The translations under genes were made by a program, and so were the position numbers. Positions 62,624 to 64,000 of a stretch of 64,000 bases of DNA are shown piece after piece; the first letter of the stretch is position 1; each line of letters opens with the position of its first letter. A model generated the notes under the pieces. It was not told the origin of the DNA. It worked only from the letters and a program-made list of their open reading frames with translations, and did not search any database. Origin of the DNA: Selaginella moellendorffii (lineage: Eukaryota; Plantae; Lycopodiophyta); contig NW_003314414.1 of assembly GCF_000143415.4 (NCBI RefSeq), forward strand, positions 153,626 through 217,625, read 5' to 3'.

Positions 62624-64000
62624 TGTAAGCGACTAAATTTTCCATTCTACTTTAGTCACTTAACCACACCTCCAACCACTTGGAGGAGTCTCACTCACAA
62701 CCTCTATAAGTCCTATTTTAGACTTGGGCTTGCTAGTCCCGAGAATGGCATCCCCGCCACTCAACATTTGCACTTGATCCAAGTGCTCCACGTGTCCGAT
62801 CCCATGACCAACACCCCAAGGTACCACCGACATATCAGCCCGTTACGCTAAGGCCATGCCCCTTTACCTTGGTCCCACCGGTGGTCTAACACCACCTGCA
62901 TCACAGTCCTATCTCTCAAGGACTGGGCCATCTGTCCATGAGTGATCATTCCAGATCCACTCCTTAGCATCCTTAGGATGCCCACAAACATGGGGAATAG
63001 CCTTCCCTAATATCCCTTTTCCGGTCTTCACCAAGTCCCATTCTACCCATAGCCGTGTTTGCCAACATTGCCACTAGATCGAGGCCCACAGGCCCGACCA
63101 CTAAGTCCCACGGTCCTTTGGGACTTCCTCACCACTTGACTGTATCCTTGGTCACTACACCAGAGGACTACTCCTCTTCCTTTCCACAGTCTGGACCTTC
63201 GGGACAACATTTCGGAACACCATGGCCCTACGCGGGCCTCATGGGTACTCTCCCCACCTTCCGCCTTTGGGTGCTCTAGCCATGGGCTTAGAGCAAGGTT
63301 CCGTTGAGCCACACCAGGTATCCAAGTAGGTAGTGCCACCCACACTTGGACTGGGAGCATCGGCTAGTCGATCTCCCGAGGGAACTAGAGCCGGCTCTTG
63401 AACACTTCACCAAGCTACCCCGCTTGTTGGTCCGTATTCACTCTAGTCTTGGACTTCCCAATGGTCAGTTCATCACCCAACACTAGGTATGGCCTTCCTG
63501 GGCCAAACTAGCCTTTCCTAGGCCAAACTAGCCCTTCTTGGCCAAATTGGCTCCATTAGGCTCCAACCCCCACACTCTCCCTACTATACTTTTGGAACCC
63601 CCCGCAGCCCGCCCCCCCCCCCCCCCCCCCCCTGGGGGACGATTGCTTTGGGCTTTCACCCAACTGCTTGTATTAGTATTCGAACTCGGACTCGGACTTG
63701 GTCTTGGTCTCGGATTCAGACTCGGTCCCATCTCGGACTCCATCTCGGACTCCATCTCGGGTCCATCTCGGACTCCATCTCGGACTCCATCTCGGGTCCA
63801 TCTCGGGTCCATCTCGAACTCCATCTCGGGTCCATCTCGGACTCCATCTTGGGTCCATCTCGGACTCCATCTCGGACTCCATATCGGACTCCACTTTGGG
63901 TCCATCTCGGACTCCATATCGGACTCTATCTCGGACTCCACTTCGGACTCCATATCGGACTCCATATCGGACTCCACTTCGGGTCCATCTCGGACTCCAC
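62624..64000. mobile_element. LTR of a related subfamily, running off the window
   Basis: Starts TGTAAGCGACTAAATTTTCC like LTR1-3 and contains the same 12-bp array from ~63680. Confidence 0.88.

Overview
Repeat-rich eukaryotic land-plant DNA; Selaginella/lycophyte-like by inference from TTTAGGG repeats, ~50-bp introns and PLS-type PPR debris. The window is dominated by two near-identical copies of a ~13.6-kb DNA transposon. Copy 1 runs from before position 1 to 13324. Copy 2 is complete at 45411-59029, with 19-bp TIRs and an AGCT target duplication. Each copy carries two divergent genes. One is a ~1020-aa DUF7869/Sola-like DDD transposase with Tnp1-like N-terminal repeats and a BAH/Tudor-like tail. 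The other is an 11-exon cargo gene of ~1640 aa (reconstructed by hand from ORFs the track lists separately) with a ParB/Srx-like domain, a degenerate DNA-methyltransferase-like segment, an acidic tract and a C-terminal FCP1/NIF HAD phosphatase. About 28-30 copies of a 22-bp palindrome (ATGGCRTGWGGCCWCAYGCCAT) are scattered through each copy, in tiny introns, intergenic DNA and coding exons. The candidate new system is this ParB-like protein plus the dispersed parS-like palindromes inside a plant transposon. The rest of the window holds a 3-LTR tandem non-autonomous retroelement, an intact Crinkler-type NTPase-REase gene, an inverted cargo-gene fragment, PPR pseudogenes, LINE/Copia/Gypsy remnants and interstitial telomere repeats. 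All domain calls are by-eye motif recognition, not database searches.
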